Shown: positions 38,601-47,487 of the stretch, in pieces | How the letters are laid out: the number at the start of each line of letters is the position of its first letter | Position numbering within the stretch: the first letter of the stretch is position 1 | Sequence record: OZ195934.1 | Direction: 5' to 3' (one strand) | DNA length: 64,000 bases | Translations under genes and position numbers: made by a program | Notes under the pieces: model-generated | What the model saw: the letters and a program-made list of their open reading frames with translations, nothing else | Told to the model about the DNA's origin: nothing | Databases searched by the model: none

Positions 38601-39008
38601 ATGCTATACATTAACTTGACTACTTGCTCTGTACTAACTTCTGAAGAAGCTCACAACGACCGTATGCAAGGTCACGATGTTCAATCTCGTTGGGATTGGT
38701 CAACACTTGCGCAAGTAACTGACGTTTGTAACATGCTTGATCAAGAGAAGTACATGGTTGTTGAAACAAACGCACTGCCGAAGTACGATATCATTGAGAA
38801 GCCGCGAGTTGGTGACGATGTTAGCTACTCATTCAACGGTGATTCTCGCCCTGACGGTCAAATCAAAAGCATTTCAAAAACAATGAAGATCATCACTACT
38901 ACGACTGGTAACAAATACTATCGTCGCGGTCAGTCTGCAACGTGGAAACGTAGCGGTACTTGGACTCTAGTTGGCGGTCATCACAACAAAACAAACATGG
39001 AGTTTTAA
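38601..39008 (+). CDS. Hypothetical early protein
   Basis: 135-aa ORF after an early promoter; PRVGDDVSYSFNGD SH3-like segment. Confidence 0.75.
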   Translation: MLYINLTTCSVLTSEEAHNDRMQGHDVQSRWDWSTLAQVTDVCNMLDQEKYMVVETNALPKYDIIEKPRVGDDVSYSFNGDSRPDGQIKSISKTMKIITTTTGNKYYRRGQSATWKRSGTWTLVGGHHNKTNMEF

Positions 39009-39009
39009 T

Positions 39010-39282
39010 ATGGTTCGTGTATTTCTTCCTGTGGCGGTAGTGTTACTATCGTCGCTGTTCTATCTCGCTCTTGATGGCGAAGCTAAAAAACATTCTGAAG
39101 CGTTTGAATTTGACGCGATGCAAATCGAACACCCAACGAAAGCATATGTGTACGATAAAGTATGCATGGACGGAATCGAATATTACAGAATGGGGCGCGG
39201 CGCTGCACCTGTTGTAGACAAAGAAACACTAACATTTAAACGATGCTCGGAGACTAATGATGTACTTTCCCAAACGAATTAA
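39010..39282 (+). CDS. Small membrane-anchored hypothetical protein
   Basis: N-terminal hydrophobic helix from the ATG at 39010; VCMDGIEYY motif. Confidence 0.65.
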   Translation: MVRVFLPVAVVLLSSLFYLALDGEAKKHSEAFEFDAMQIEHPTKAYVYDKVCMDGIEYYRMGRGAAPVVDKETLTFKRCSETNDVLSQTN

Positions 39283-39844
39283 AACACCAACTACGAAGAA
39301 CGTTCCGCTTAAAGTCGGCACTAAGCTGTCAGTGGATTGGAAGTATGTGAACTCGCTAGTGCAAAACGATGTTAATCTTGAACTCATCTATGAGTCTGAC
39401 ACGCAATACATCTTCTTAGATCTAGATAGCAACCTCGGCGCGACATTCTCGATGTCAAGAATCACCGGTGATGTTCATCGTACATCAGACCGACGTGCGA
39501 TATTCAACACATTTCAAACTGACACGGGCGAACCTATTGTAGTTGAGCGCGGTCAGCTTTGCGTGGCTGTTGATTGTGTATCTGAAGAGAAAATGCAATA
39601 CACGCCAATCAAGCGCGGTGATACGCTGAGAACGCATCACTATGGCTCGCTTGAGCGTTCGACTGCTGTCGTGTTATTCGTAACGCCTGAGTTCATCACT
39701 GTAGAAAGCAATAATGCACCGTTTACGTTCAGTCGAAGCGAAATCATTCGACGCGAATATTCGTACATCGCATCTAATCGCGGCTGTAAGATCGATACTG
39801 AAATCTTCTGTGGTATCCCTGAAAAGGATTCGATTGCACAATGA
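39257..39844 (+). CDS. Hypothetical protein with SH3-like repeats
   Basis: LKVGTKL.. and IKRGDTL.. segments with similar downstream strands. Confidence 0.6.
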   Translation: MMYFPKRIKTPTTKNVPLKVGTKLSVDWKYVNSLVQNDVNLELIYESDTQYIFLDLDSNLGATFSMSRITGDVHRTSDRRAIFNTFQTDTGEPIVVERGQLCVAVDCVSEEKMQYTPIKRGDTLRTHHYGSLERSTAVVLFVTPEFITVESNNAPFTFSRSEIIRREYSYIASNRGCKIDTEIFCGIPEKDSIAQ

Positions 39845-40308
39845 AGTATCAAGCCATAAACGAGTTTGACTTTGCAAACGGCGAGGGTGTTCGATTGAGC
39901 ATCTTCGTTTCTGGTTGTATTCATCGCTGCGCGGGCTGCTACAACGAATCAACGTGGGATGTGAACGATGGTATCGAATTCACTGACGAAACGTTTAGAA
40001 GCGTTCTGAGCGCGTTAGAGCATCACGACGGTCTGAGTCTATCGGGCGGTGATCCGCTTCATGAAGACAATCGCAAGGTGATACTTGATATCTGTCGAGC
40101 TGCAAAAGAGCTGTATCCCGACAAAGACATTTGGCTATGGAGCGGCTACAAATATAATTCTGTTTATCATCTTGAAATTATGAATTATATTGATGTCTTC
40201 ATAGACGGGAAATATAAACGTCATCAGCCGACTACGAAAGCGTGGCGCGGGTCTGATAATCAAATCATGTACGTTCGCGTAGATGATAAACTAATCAATA
40301 AGGGATAA
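39841..40308 (+). CDS. nrdG: Anaerobic RNR activase NrdG
   Basis: NGEGVRLSIFVSGCIHRCAGCYN radical-SAM motif, LSGGDPL, WRGSDNQ. Confidence 0.97.
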   Translation: MKYQAINEFDFANGEGVRLSIFVSGCIHRCAGCYNESTWDVNDGIEFTDETFRSVLSALEHHDGLSLSGGDPLHEDNRKVILDICRAAKELYPDKDIWLWSGYKYNSVYHLEIMNYIDVFIDGKYKRHQPTTKAWRGSDNQIMYVRVDDKLINKG

Positions 40309-40309
40309 T

Positions 40310-40834
40310 ATGAGTTGCGTTTGGATTACAAGTGACCTGCATATTGGTCACAAAAACATCGGGAAGTTTCGCGACGGTATCGAAGATACTCAAGCAAACA
40401 CCGATTGGATTGTTGACTTCTGGCTGAAGAACGTGCGCAAGCGCGATACAGTAATCATGCTAGGTGATACTGCGTTCACAGAAGAAGCAATCGGCATTTT
40501 AGCGGGCTTACCGGGTCGCAAAGTGCAATACGGTGGGAATCACGATGATTTACCAGTCGCAAGCTACATGCGTGCGTTTGACGTGATTCGTGGCTGTGAG
40601 AAGTTCAAGAAACTTGGTTGGCTAAGTCATTTCCCGCTTCACCCCGACGAGCTGCGCGGTCATTTCAGCATTCACGGTCACGTGCATTATGCAACGATTG
40701 ATGATTATCGTTACGTCAACGTGTGCTGCGACAACTTACAGCGCAATATTGGTCAGCCGATGATTCGCTTGACTGATCTTCGTCAATTGCTCGACAAACG
40801 TCGTGAATCAAAAGAGGTCTCTTACGACTTCTAA
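40310..40834 (+). CDS. Calcineurin-like metallophosphoesterase
   Basis: SDLHIGH, LGD, GNHD, SHFP, IHGHVH. Confidence 0.9.
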   Translation: MSCVWITSDLHIGHKNIGKFRDGIEDTQANTDWIVDFWLKNVRKRDTVIMLGDTAFTEEAIGILAGLPGRKVQYGGNHDDLPVASYMRAFDVIRGCEKFKKLGWLSHFPLHPDELRGHFSIHGHVHYATIDDYRYVNVCCDNLQRNIGQPMIRLTDLRQLLDKRRESKEVSYDF

Positions 40835-40857
40835 TCCGTAGTCTATCTGCATGAACA

Positions 40858-40865
40858 TCTAAATA
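40858..40865 (+). promoter_or_regulatory. Late-promoter variant TCTAAATA
   Basis: About 32 nt upstream of ORF 40898. Confidence 0.55.
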
Positions 40866-40897
40866 CAGGCATGTATTAAAAATGGTGTTCATGCACT

Positions 40898-41743
40898 ATG
40901 ATAGATGTTTTATTGAGATATAACGTCAAGATACTCAATAGTCGAAAGCTTGTTATCTACACAGATGAGAATCGCTTGAAGCTAATTGTGGACTTGGCTA
41001 AAGAACTCGATGGCGAATACGTTAAGTGTGACCCGGGCAGTTCAATTGGTTGTATACAGATGGATAAATGCAGAATATACGTCAAACCAATATCTAATCC
41101 TGGCATCGAGAATGAACGCAATTTCTATACTATTGTAAAGCAACACATTGATTCTGGCTGCAAGCGAATTAAGATTGGTCGACGCGTGATCACGAATGTA
41201 CTGTCAATTGAAATGACGGGGCATGACACGAAGAACAACAAAAAAGCCGATATGGTGATTCATACCAGTAGCGGTGAAGTTCCGATCTCTATCAAAAAAT
41301 CAAATGCTGAACGTTGGGCAAGCACTGACGTTATTCATGGCGTTGAAGCACGCAAGCTACTAGATCAAATGGTTCACGATGACACAGTAAAACTTTCTGA
41401 TTATTCGGACTGTGGCAAAGTCAAGCGATTAAGTCAACCGATTGCTCGTCGTCTCAAAGAGACTGAGATCAATCAAGTAGTATTCGGCTCTGATATCTTG
41501 AACAATGGCGTGGTTATCGTCAATAGCTTTACATTAGATGATTTTGTTTTCAATAACGATACACTACATATTAGCGGTGAAGTTCTTTATTCGTCTGCTG
41601 ACGTTAAAGACACGATTTACCACCCGTATATGATGATTAGAAATGACGCTTGTCGCCGTAGTAAGGCATTGCCTTATGGTGTACGAGTCGAAGTTGTATT
41701 CGAGTCACGAATTACGAAAAACACGATTGTTTACGAGGAGTAA
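40898..41743 (+). CDS. Putative PD-(D/E)xK nuclease
   Basis: IENE..F ... KKADMVI ... PISIKK pattern. Confidence 0.55.
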   Translation: MIDVLLRYNVKILNSRKLVIYTDENRLKLIVDLAKELDGEYVKCDPGSSIGCIQMDKCRIYVKPISNPGIENERNFYTIVKQHIDSGCKRIKIGRRVITNVLSIEMTGHDTKNNKKADMVIHTSSGEVPISIKKSNAERWASTDVIHGVEARKLLDQMVHDDTVKLSDYSDCGKVKRLSQPIARRLKETEINQVVFGSDILNNGVVIVNSFTLDDFVFNNDTLHISGEVLYSSADVKDTIYHPYMMIRNDACRRSKALPYGVRVEVVFESRITKNTIVYEE

Positions 41744-41746
41744 CCA

Positions 41747-42568
41747 TTGAACATTAAAGATAGAATAGAAGAGCTAATCGGCTCGGTTCACAACTGCACT
41801 ACCAAAGATGGTGTATGTGAAATCGAAAAGCTGTACGCTCAGAAGAAAAAAGAACTAGGTGCGAACATTACTCCTATGATGGACATCCGCGTGCGCGATG
41901 CAATTCGTGGTAAGTGCGATATGTTCGACGCTGAAGCTGCTGAACGCGAAGAAGCAAAGCAAGTGAAAGAAACTGAAGCTGCGGCTGCTGCAATTGCGGG
42001 TAAATTCGACGAGGGTTTGCATCACACGACCGAGAAAGAGTTTTTCTTGCACGAGACTGTGATTGATGAATCAGCGATTGATGCAATGTGTATCATGGAC
42101 GTTGACGGCAGTATCCCAACGAACGGTCACAAAGAGCTGAGTAAATCGCTTGCTGAAGCGTGTGAGCACGTTAATGCTCAAGGTCGAATCTTTGTACCAG
42201 AAGAAGCAAACAAGCTGTTGAGCATCAACGAGCGCGTTGAAATCATCGAATCGTTCTCTGACGTTGACGTTGTTCCGAAAGGCGTGATGTTTGCTGAAGT
42301 TGAGCAGTTGATCGAGCGCGACATTACTCGCGTGTTTGCATTCGTTGAATCTGACAAAGTAGCTGAATATCGTCGTCTAGGTAAACACTTCTTGCGTTCT
42401 GGCGGTCATCGTTTCGAGATCGTTGAAATCAAGAACAAAGTGCCATCGAACATCGTTGAGAATTTGATTCGCGATGACAGTCTAGAAGAGTTTTTCGAGC
42501 AGATGCCGATGCCAATGAACGAAGCTGAGAAGATCTTTGATCGTCAGCTTGAACGCCTATTGGGGTAA
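41747..42568 (+). CDS. Hypothetical protein; N-term resembles T4 a-gt.4, C-term resembles a degenerate cytidylyltransferase-like domain
   Basis: IEELIGSVHNCTTKDG..EKLY..KE..DIRVRDA; FVESDKVAEY..FEIVEI..IRDDSLEEF. Confidence 0.5.
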   Translation: MNIKDRIEELIGSVHNCTTKDGVCEIEKLYAQKKKELGANITPMMDIRVRDAIRGKCDMFDAEAAEREEAKQVKETEAAAAAIAGKFDEGLHHTTEKEFFLHETVIDESAIDAMCIMDVDGSIPTNGHKELSKSLAEACEHVNAQGRIFVPEEANKLLSINERVEIIESFSDVDVVPKGVMFAEVEQLIERDITRVFAFVESDKVAEYRRLGKHFLRSGGHRFEIVEIKNKVPSNIVENLIRDDSLEEFFEQMPMPMNEAEKIFDRQLERLLG

Positions 42569-42571
42569 TCT

Positions 42572-43057
42572 ATGGCAAATACTGCTAAACGAGGCGCAGA
42601 CGGCTTTTATGCACTGCGTCTGTCTACTCTGTTGCACATGCCGTTTCAGAAATGGGATGCATATAAGCGCGGTATCATCGATAAAGATGGTAAAAAGCTG
42701 CGCGACGCTGAATCTAGCGAGAAAGGTTCGTGGACGTTGTTTCACGTGACCGTAGCTAACATCAAGAAAATGGTGAACATGCTACCAGGCGGTCGCACTG
42801 CATTAGATTACGGTGCGTCGTATCTGTTGATGATTGAGATCAAAGATCACTACAATTTAAGTGACGAGTTCATTAATGAACTGCGTTCGCTTGAAGAATC
42901 AATGGTCGCGGGTGATGCAGGTGACGGGAGTGGCTCGGCAGAGTCGATTGCGACTGGTGAAACTACTGGTGCAATCACGAACGCAGGTGCGGGAGCAACT
43001 GCAAAGCCGAAGAAGAAAAAGAAGAAAAAGCTGAAGAAATTCAGACATTTCGACTAA
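42572..43057 (+). CDS. 61.1: T4 gp61.1-like conserved protein
   Basis: PFQKWDAYKRGIIDKDGK..EKGSWTLFH, LEESMVAGD, poly-Lys tail; upstream of primase. Confidence 0.8.
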   Translation: MANTAKRGADGFYALRLSTLLHMPFQKWDAYKRGIIDKDGKKLRDAESSEKGSWTLFHVTVANIKKMVNMLPGGRTALDYGASYLLMIEIKDHYNLSDEFINELRSLEESMVAGDAGDGSGSAESIATGETTGAITNAGAGATAKPKKKKKKKLKKFRHFD

Positions 43058-43060
43058 AAT

Positions 43061-43082
43061 AGGGGCGTTTTCGCCCCTTTTT
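43061..43082 (+). terminator. Intrinsic terminator
   Basis: AGGGGCG-TTTT-CGCCCCTTTTT. Confidence 0.85.
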
Positions 43083-43084
43083 AA

Positions 43085-43115
43085 TGTTTAACGTTCGTGA
43101 AACTCGTGTGATAAT
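43085..43115 (+). promoter_or_regulatory. TGTTTAAC...GATAAT promoter for primase
   Basis: Same box as the dsbA, uvsY and 58377 promoters. Confidence 0.6.
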
Positions 43116-43134
43116 GTTCACAAGAGGATATATT

Positions 43135-44202
43135 ATGCAAATACTGATTGATATACAATACGCAAAAATGCTACAGCACCGATTGTTATTACCAAAAGTA
43201 CATAGTAATCGTCCCTTCAAAATAAATGCTCGTTGTCCCGTCTGCGGTGACTCGAAAAAGAACAAATACAAGACTCGTTTTTGGATCAATGAAGTGAAGA
43301 CAAAAGCAGGTGAAGTTCATCTTCGCTGTAGTTGTTGGAACTGTGATTTGAATGTGTCGTTGTTTCAGTTTCTGAAAGATCACGAGCCGTCATTATTCTC
43401 ACAATATCGTGTTGATTTATTCAAGGAGAGGAATTCCCGTGAAAGAAAGGAAAGACCGCCTGAACCTGTTAAAGAGAATGCAGCAAATGCAGCGCCTGTT
43501 GTCGTTGAGAAAGAGCAAGAAGAGCAGCTTTTCCACAACATCACCGCGCTAAAAGAAGGTCATGTGTTGCACAAGTATCTTGACTCGCGCAAAATCCCAC
43601 ATGACAAATGGCATTTACTCGGCTTTACTCGTGGTTGGTCACAGATGGCGAAGACATTACGCCCCGATTTATATGAGGGCGAGATTCGTCAAGATCACCC
43701 GCGTCTCGTGATTCCGATATACAACAAAGATGGGTTGGTAGCAGTGCAAGGTCGTGCTTTGACTAACAAGCACGCGCAGCGTTACATGACCATCAAAATC
43801 GACGACGATTTCAACAAAATCTACGGTACTGAGCGAATCAATGAAGACGACGACGTTATTTTCGTTGAGGGCCCAATTGATAGTTTATTTCTATACAATT
43901 GTTGTGCTATCGTAGGGGGACAAGTAAGTCCGCAGAACGCACCATACGCGGGACATCGCATATGGGCACTTGATAATGAACCGCGACATCCCGATGTAGT
44001 GAAGCGTATGCAGTCACTTATCAAAGCAGGTGAGCGCGTAGTTATCTGGGATAAACTCCCGCCTGTAATTGCAGGCAAGAAAGATATTAACGACTTCGTG
44101 AAAGCGGGCGTTAATGCTGAGTTCATTCAGCAATACATTTATGACAACGCAGTAAGCGGCTTGATCGCTACTAATAGATTAAACAGATGGAAGAAAATTT
44201 AA
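43135..44202 (+). CDS. gp61: DNA primase gp61
   Basis: Zn finger RCPVCGDS..CSCWNC, LVIPIY, QGRAL, VEGPIDS, KDINDF; start corrected to 43135. Confidence 0.96.
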   Translation: MQILIDIQYAKMLQHRLLLPKVHSNRPFKINARCPVCGDSKKNKYKTRFWINEVKTKAGEVHLRCSCWNCDLNVSLFQFLKDHEPSLFSQYRVDLFKERNSRERKERPPEPVKENAANAAPVVVEKEQEEQLFHNITALKEGHVLHKYLDSRKIPHDKWHLLGFTRGWSQMAKTLRPDLYEGEIRQDHPRLVIPIYNKDGLVAVQGRALTNKHAQRYMTIKIDDDFNKIYGTERINEDDDVIFVEGPIDSLFLYNCCAIVGGQVSPQNAPYAGHRIWALDNEPRHPDVVKRMQSLIKAGERVVIWDKLPPVIAGKKDINDFVKAGVNAEFIQQYIYDNAVSGLIATNRLNRWKKI

Positions 44203-44699
44203 TGAAGATTGTATACCTACCGCACTACAAAGCAAACGAAGAACTTGGTCTTGAGGCAATCGAGCCGCTTAAAGTAACAGACCCAGACAATGCAGGTGTC
44301 GATATGCGTGCAGCAATCACAGACCGTATTGAGCTTGCTCCGGGTGAAGACGCAGTTATCCCGACTGGCGTTAAGATTCACATTGGTTCACATCATCTTC
44401 ATTCGTCATTCACAGATGCGGGTGTTTATGGTATGGCAGCACCGCGTTCAGGAATGGGCTTCAAATACTACGTTCGACTAGCAAACACGCTTGGCATCAT
44501 CGACGCGAACTATCAAGGCGAGATTATGATCAAGATGCGTAACGAGGGTGACCATACAGTTACAATCGAGCGCGGTGACCGTTTCTGTCAGCTCATCTTC
44601 CAACTGTACGTAAAAGGCGTTGAGTTTGAAGCTGTTGACGAGTTCGACGAAGAAACTGAACGTGGTGATGGTGGTTTTGGTAAAAGTGGGGTGAAATAA
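44202..44699 (+). CDS. dut: Trimeric dUTPase
   Basis: AGVDM, IPTG, PRSG, GIIDANYQGEI, RFCQL, RGDGGFGKSG. Confidence 0.96.
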   Translation: MKIVYLPHYKANEELGLEAIEPLKVTDPDNAGVDMRAAITDRIELAPGEDAVIPTGVKIHIGSHHLHSSFTDAGVYGMAAPRSGMGFKYYVRLANTLGIIDANYQGEIMIKMRNEGDHTVTIERGDRFCQLIFQLYVKGVEFEAVDEFDEETERGDGGFGKSGVK

Positions 44700-44941
44700 T
44701 GGACGAAGCAGAAATTCTAGAAAGCTTTGAAGTGTACGATCTGATTGAGCTAATCACTGACCCAGATCTCGAAGAAGCATTGCGACTTGATATCGCTCGT
44801 GAGGGTGAGCACAAGACAAAAATGGTCAACAATCGAAAATGGACTCTTGGTCAGATCTCTGATCAAGATAAGAAAATCGAGCGTAAACTTGCAGTGTTAC
44901 ATAAAATCTTAGACGTGAAAAAGGTGGTCGACGGTGAGTAA
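44699..44941 (+). CDS. Hypothetical protein
   Basis: 80-aa ORF coupled to its neighbours. Confidence 0.6.
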   Translation: MDEAEILESFEVYDLIELITDPDLEEALRLDIAREGEHKTKMVNNRKWTLGQISDQDKKIERKLAVLHKILDVKKVVDGE

Positions 44942-45626
44942 TGACAAACCAGTATACGACGTGCTGATAGATTATGAGGGATTCGACACGACTCCCGAAG
45001 CAGCGGTCATCGAATTGGGTGCAGTTGTGTTTGAACACGACTTCACTAAAGTGCCAGACTACAATGAACTTGTGAAGAACTCGTTCCGTTGTAAGTTTGA
45101 AATCAAATCTCAGAAAGGCAAGCGCAGCATCAACAAAGCTACGGTTCAGTGGTGGTCTGAGCAGACGAAAGAAGCTAAAGAGATTCTAATCCCTAGCATT
45201 CACGACGTTAGCGTAGAAGAGGGTCACAAGCTGTTCATCGAGTGGATTGAAAGTGAAACGAAGTACGATGGTCGTTCTCATTTCTACTGTCGTGGTAATA
45301 ACTACGATATTCCGCTAATGGCTGACTGTTTCCGTTATTCAGGTCTGCGACACGCAATTATCGACCGTTTCTGGAAGTTCCGTGACGTTCGTACGCGTAT
45401 CGAAGCACTAATGCTGCAACGTGATATGTGTAAAGTGCCGATTAAGCGCGATGCAATGCCTGGGTTCATTCACCACAATGGCGTACACGATTGCGCGAAA
45501 GACGTGATGATGCTAATCATGGCAGCACGTTATGCACTTGACCTTGAAGAACTTCCAGAGAAAATGGAATGTCACGAAGTGTCAGTTAATTTCACCGACG
45601 AAGAAAAAGAGGAACTTGGTCTATGA
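44934..45626 (+). CDS. dexA: DexA-like 3'-5' exonuclease (DEDDh)
   Basis: LIDYEGF, WWSEQ, RGNNYDIP, FWKFRDVRT, HNGVHDCAKD. Confidence 0.9.
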   Translation: MSNDKPVYDVLIDYEGFDTTPEAAVIELGAVVFEHDFTKVPDYNELVKNSFRCKFEIKSQKGKRSINKATVQWWSEQTKEAKEILIPSIHDVSVEEGHKLFIEWIESETKYDGRSHFYCRGNNYDIPLMADCFRYSGLRHAIIDRFWKFRDVRTRIEALMLQRDMCKVPIKRDAMPGFIHHNGVHDCAKDVMMLIMAARYALDLEELPEKMECHEVSVNFTDEEKEELGL

Positions 45627-45784
45627 TCATCGCTGTACATTTGCTTTCACAAGCAAAGCCAGTAACACACGAGCACGTTAAGAACGCGTATACGAAAGAC
45701 GGCTTGTATTGTGTGATGCTGAAAAGCGGTACGATTTATAAGTACCCGCTAGTGAATATTTTCCGAATCACAGAAAATATGTAA
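45623..45784 (+). CDS. 53-aa hypothetical protein (not in the ORF track)
   Basis: Read by hand: MIIAVHLLSQAKPVTHEHVKNAYTKDGLYCVMLKSGTIYKYPLVNIFRITENM; ATGA overlap with dexA. Confidence 0.7.
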   Translation: MIIAVHLLSQAKPVTHEHVKNAYTKDGLYCVMLKSGTIYKYPLVNIFRITENM

Positions 45785-45790
45785 AAACGG

Positions 45791-45854
45791 TTGCGTTGTT
45801 TGTTTCACTCGATTATATTAGTGTCTCAAACAACGCAACTACAAAGAGAACATT
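45791..45854 (+). promoter_or_regulatory. Early promoter TTGCGT-17-TATATT plus AAAGAGAACATTATG leader
   Basis: Matches the early class. Confidence 0.7.
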
Positions 45855-46379
45855 ATGAAGCACACATTTACATTTCAGCATATTTGGTTCAATGTCACGA
45901 TTAAAGATCGCAAAGTAACTGCTTTTGAAGAGCACGACCACTATGCGGGCGGTATGTTACTAATTCCGAAAGATGTAGTTCCTGAGCATTGGGTGTACGC
46001 TAATATTGCGAATCGCATTGCAGAGCCGAATGCGCTCATATCAGTGCAACGCTTTTTAACGCTGCACACTGACAACGGTTGGCGCCCGAAAACTGAGTAT
46101 CGTCCATTAGTGAATGAATATGAGGGTCAAGCGTACTCTTTATTCATTGCAGGTACTACAGTCATTGTGCGTGCTCGTGCTGTGATGTGTGAGCCGTCAG
46201 TTAATGAATTTTTTGAAGATGATTTGTGTGATCTGAATCGCGAAGGCACTGCGTTACAGTTAATTTTGATGCACAATCAAGGTATCATTGATGTCGAAGT
46301 TCTATCTGAAGAGAAGACTTTCAACGATATCATGAATGAAGTTTTACCATATGTGCCAGAGGAACCGCACGATGTCTAG
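45855..46379 (+). CDS. Hypothetical early protein
   Basis: 174-aa ORF after an early promoter. Confidence 0.7.
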   Translation: MKHTFTFQHIWFNVTIKDRKVTAFEEHDHYAGGMLLIPKDVVPEHWVYANIANRIAEPNALISVQRFLTLHTDNGWRPKTEYRPLVNEYEGQAYSLFIAGTTVIVRARAVMCEPSVNEFFEDDLCDLNREGTALQLILMHNQGIIDVEVLSEEKTFNDIMNEVLPYVPEEPHDV

Positions 46380-46608
46380 AATTAGACTTGGCGACTTCAT
46401 CACATTAGTTGAGAAAATCGACGATGACGAATTTTTCGGTCAGTTTATCGAGATCTTCGTCTGTGAATGGGGTGGTTATTTTATGCGCCTTGTTGATGAT
46501 TGCGGCAATGATGTCACGATTCACAGCGGTAATGTGAAGACAATCAACGGGGTTTATGTGAGCAATTTATCATACGACAAGTATGGTCTGAAAATAGAGG
46601 TATTATAG
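46372..46608 (+). CDS. Hypothetical protein
   Basis: Start corrected to ATG 46372 (MSRIRLGD), RBS AGGA. Confidence 0.6.
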   Translation: MSRIRLGDFITLVEKIDDDEFFGQFIEIFVCEWGGYFMRLVDDCGNDVTIHSGNVKTINGVYVSNLSYDKYGLKIEVL

Positions 46609-47054
46609 TGAAAGGTTACGTATTCGTAAATCGCTACTGCAAGGGAATTCAAGCGGGAATTCAAGGTGCTCATGCACTGCTACGACTGTCCGGTTCAGAA
46701 AATCGAGAAGAATTCGATAAGTGGTTGCAAAAGTATGAAACTATCTGTATTCTGTCTGCTGCTAGTTCTACTCACTTAGCTGAAATCTCAGTTGAGCTTG
46801 AAGATATGGACAATGCAGTCGAAGACATTGCAGTTTTCAAAGAAGAAGGGCTGAACGACGCGATCACTGCTGTTGCTTTCATCGGTACTGAACTGTTAAT
46901 TCAAGTTCAAGCTGAAATGAAAGAATGGCGCGACCTGCGCAAAATCGGTGAGGGTCCCAATCGTCGCATATTCGATTCTGACATGCACTACAAATATGGT
47001 CAGACTTACCAACTTGCAAAATTTTTAGAAGGATTCAGATCTCATGACGGCTAA
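46608..47054 (+). CDS. Peptidyl-tRNA hydrolase type 2 (PTH2)-like protein
   Basis: YVFVN..IQAGIQGAHA..W..ETICIL..F.EEGLNDAITAVAF parallels the PTH2 Q-x-x-H-A and T-x-x-A motifs. Confidence 0.6.
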   Translation: MKGYVFVNRYCKGIQAGIQGAHALLRLSGSENREEFDKWLQKYETICILSAASSTHLAEISVELEDMDNAVEDIAVFKEEGLNDAITAVAFIGTELLIQVQAEMKEWRDLRKIGEGPNRRIFDSDMHYKYGQTYQLAKFLEGFRSHDG

Positions 47055-47271
47055 TCTAACACTAACTACTGCTACACGTTTCAACGATATTATGTCACGT
47101 AATGACGTTGATGTTAAATGCACAGTAATCGGTTCTGAGTACATCACATCGGTGTATAAAGATGGCGCGATTCTTGCCGAGCGCATTATTGAAATGAAAT
47201 CGGCTGAACACTTCGAAGTCACGCTCCCTGAGCCTGTACGCGAAGCACGTAAAACAAGCAAACTACCGTAA
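47044..47271 (+). CDS. Hypothetical protein
   Basis: 75-aa ORF, RBS AAGGA. Confidence 0.55.
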   Translation: MTANLTLTTATRFNDIMSRNDVDVKCTVIGSEYITSVYKDGAILAERIIEMKSAEHFEVTLPEPVREARKTSKLP

Positions 47272-47281
47272 GGGGTGTGAC

Positions 47282-47479
47282 ATGAAACGCAATAAAGGGT
47301 TTACTCTCATTGAAATTATCGTTCTCGTTATCATCATCGGCATTGCATCAAGCATCGGTCTAGGATTGATATCTGGTGATCAAGCGACGTTGTACCCGAA
47401 TCAAGCCGATACGATCATCGAGATCAATGGTCAAACCATGCAATGCACCCCTATTATTAATCTCGACGACGATTTCTAG
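47282..47479 (+). CDS. Small prepilin-like protein (type III signal / N-methylation motif)
   Basis: MKRNKG^FTLIEIIVLVIIIGIASSIGL: basic leader, G|F cleavage site, E+5, hydrophobic helix. Confidence 0.85.
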   Translation: MKRNKGFTLIEIIVLVIIIGIASSIGLGLISGDQATLYPNQADTIIEINGQTMQCTPIINLDDDF

Positions 47480-47487
47480 GGAAATTA

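Noticed and set aside
43000-43040. AAG/AAA run (poly-Lys) at the end of 61.1 as a possible slippage or phase-variation site
   Set aside because: Mixed AAG/AAA codons without a long homopolymer; best explained as a basic protein tail
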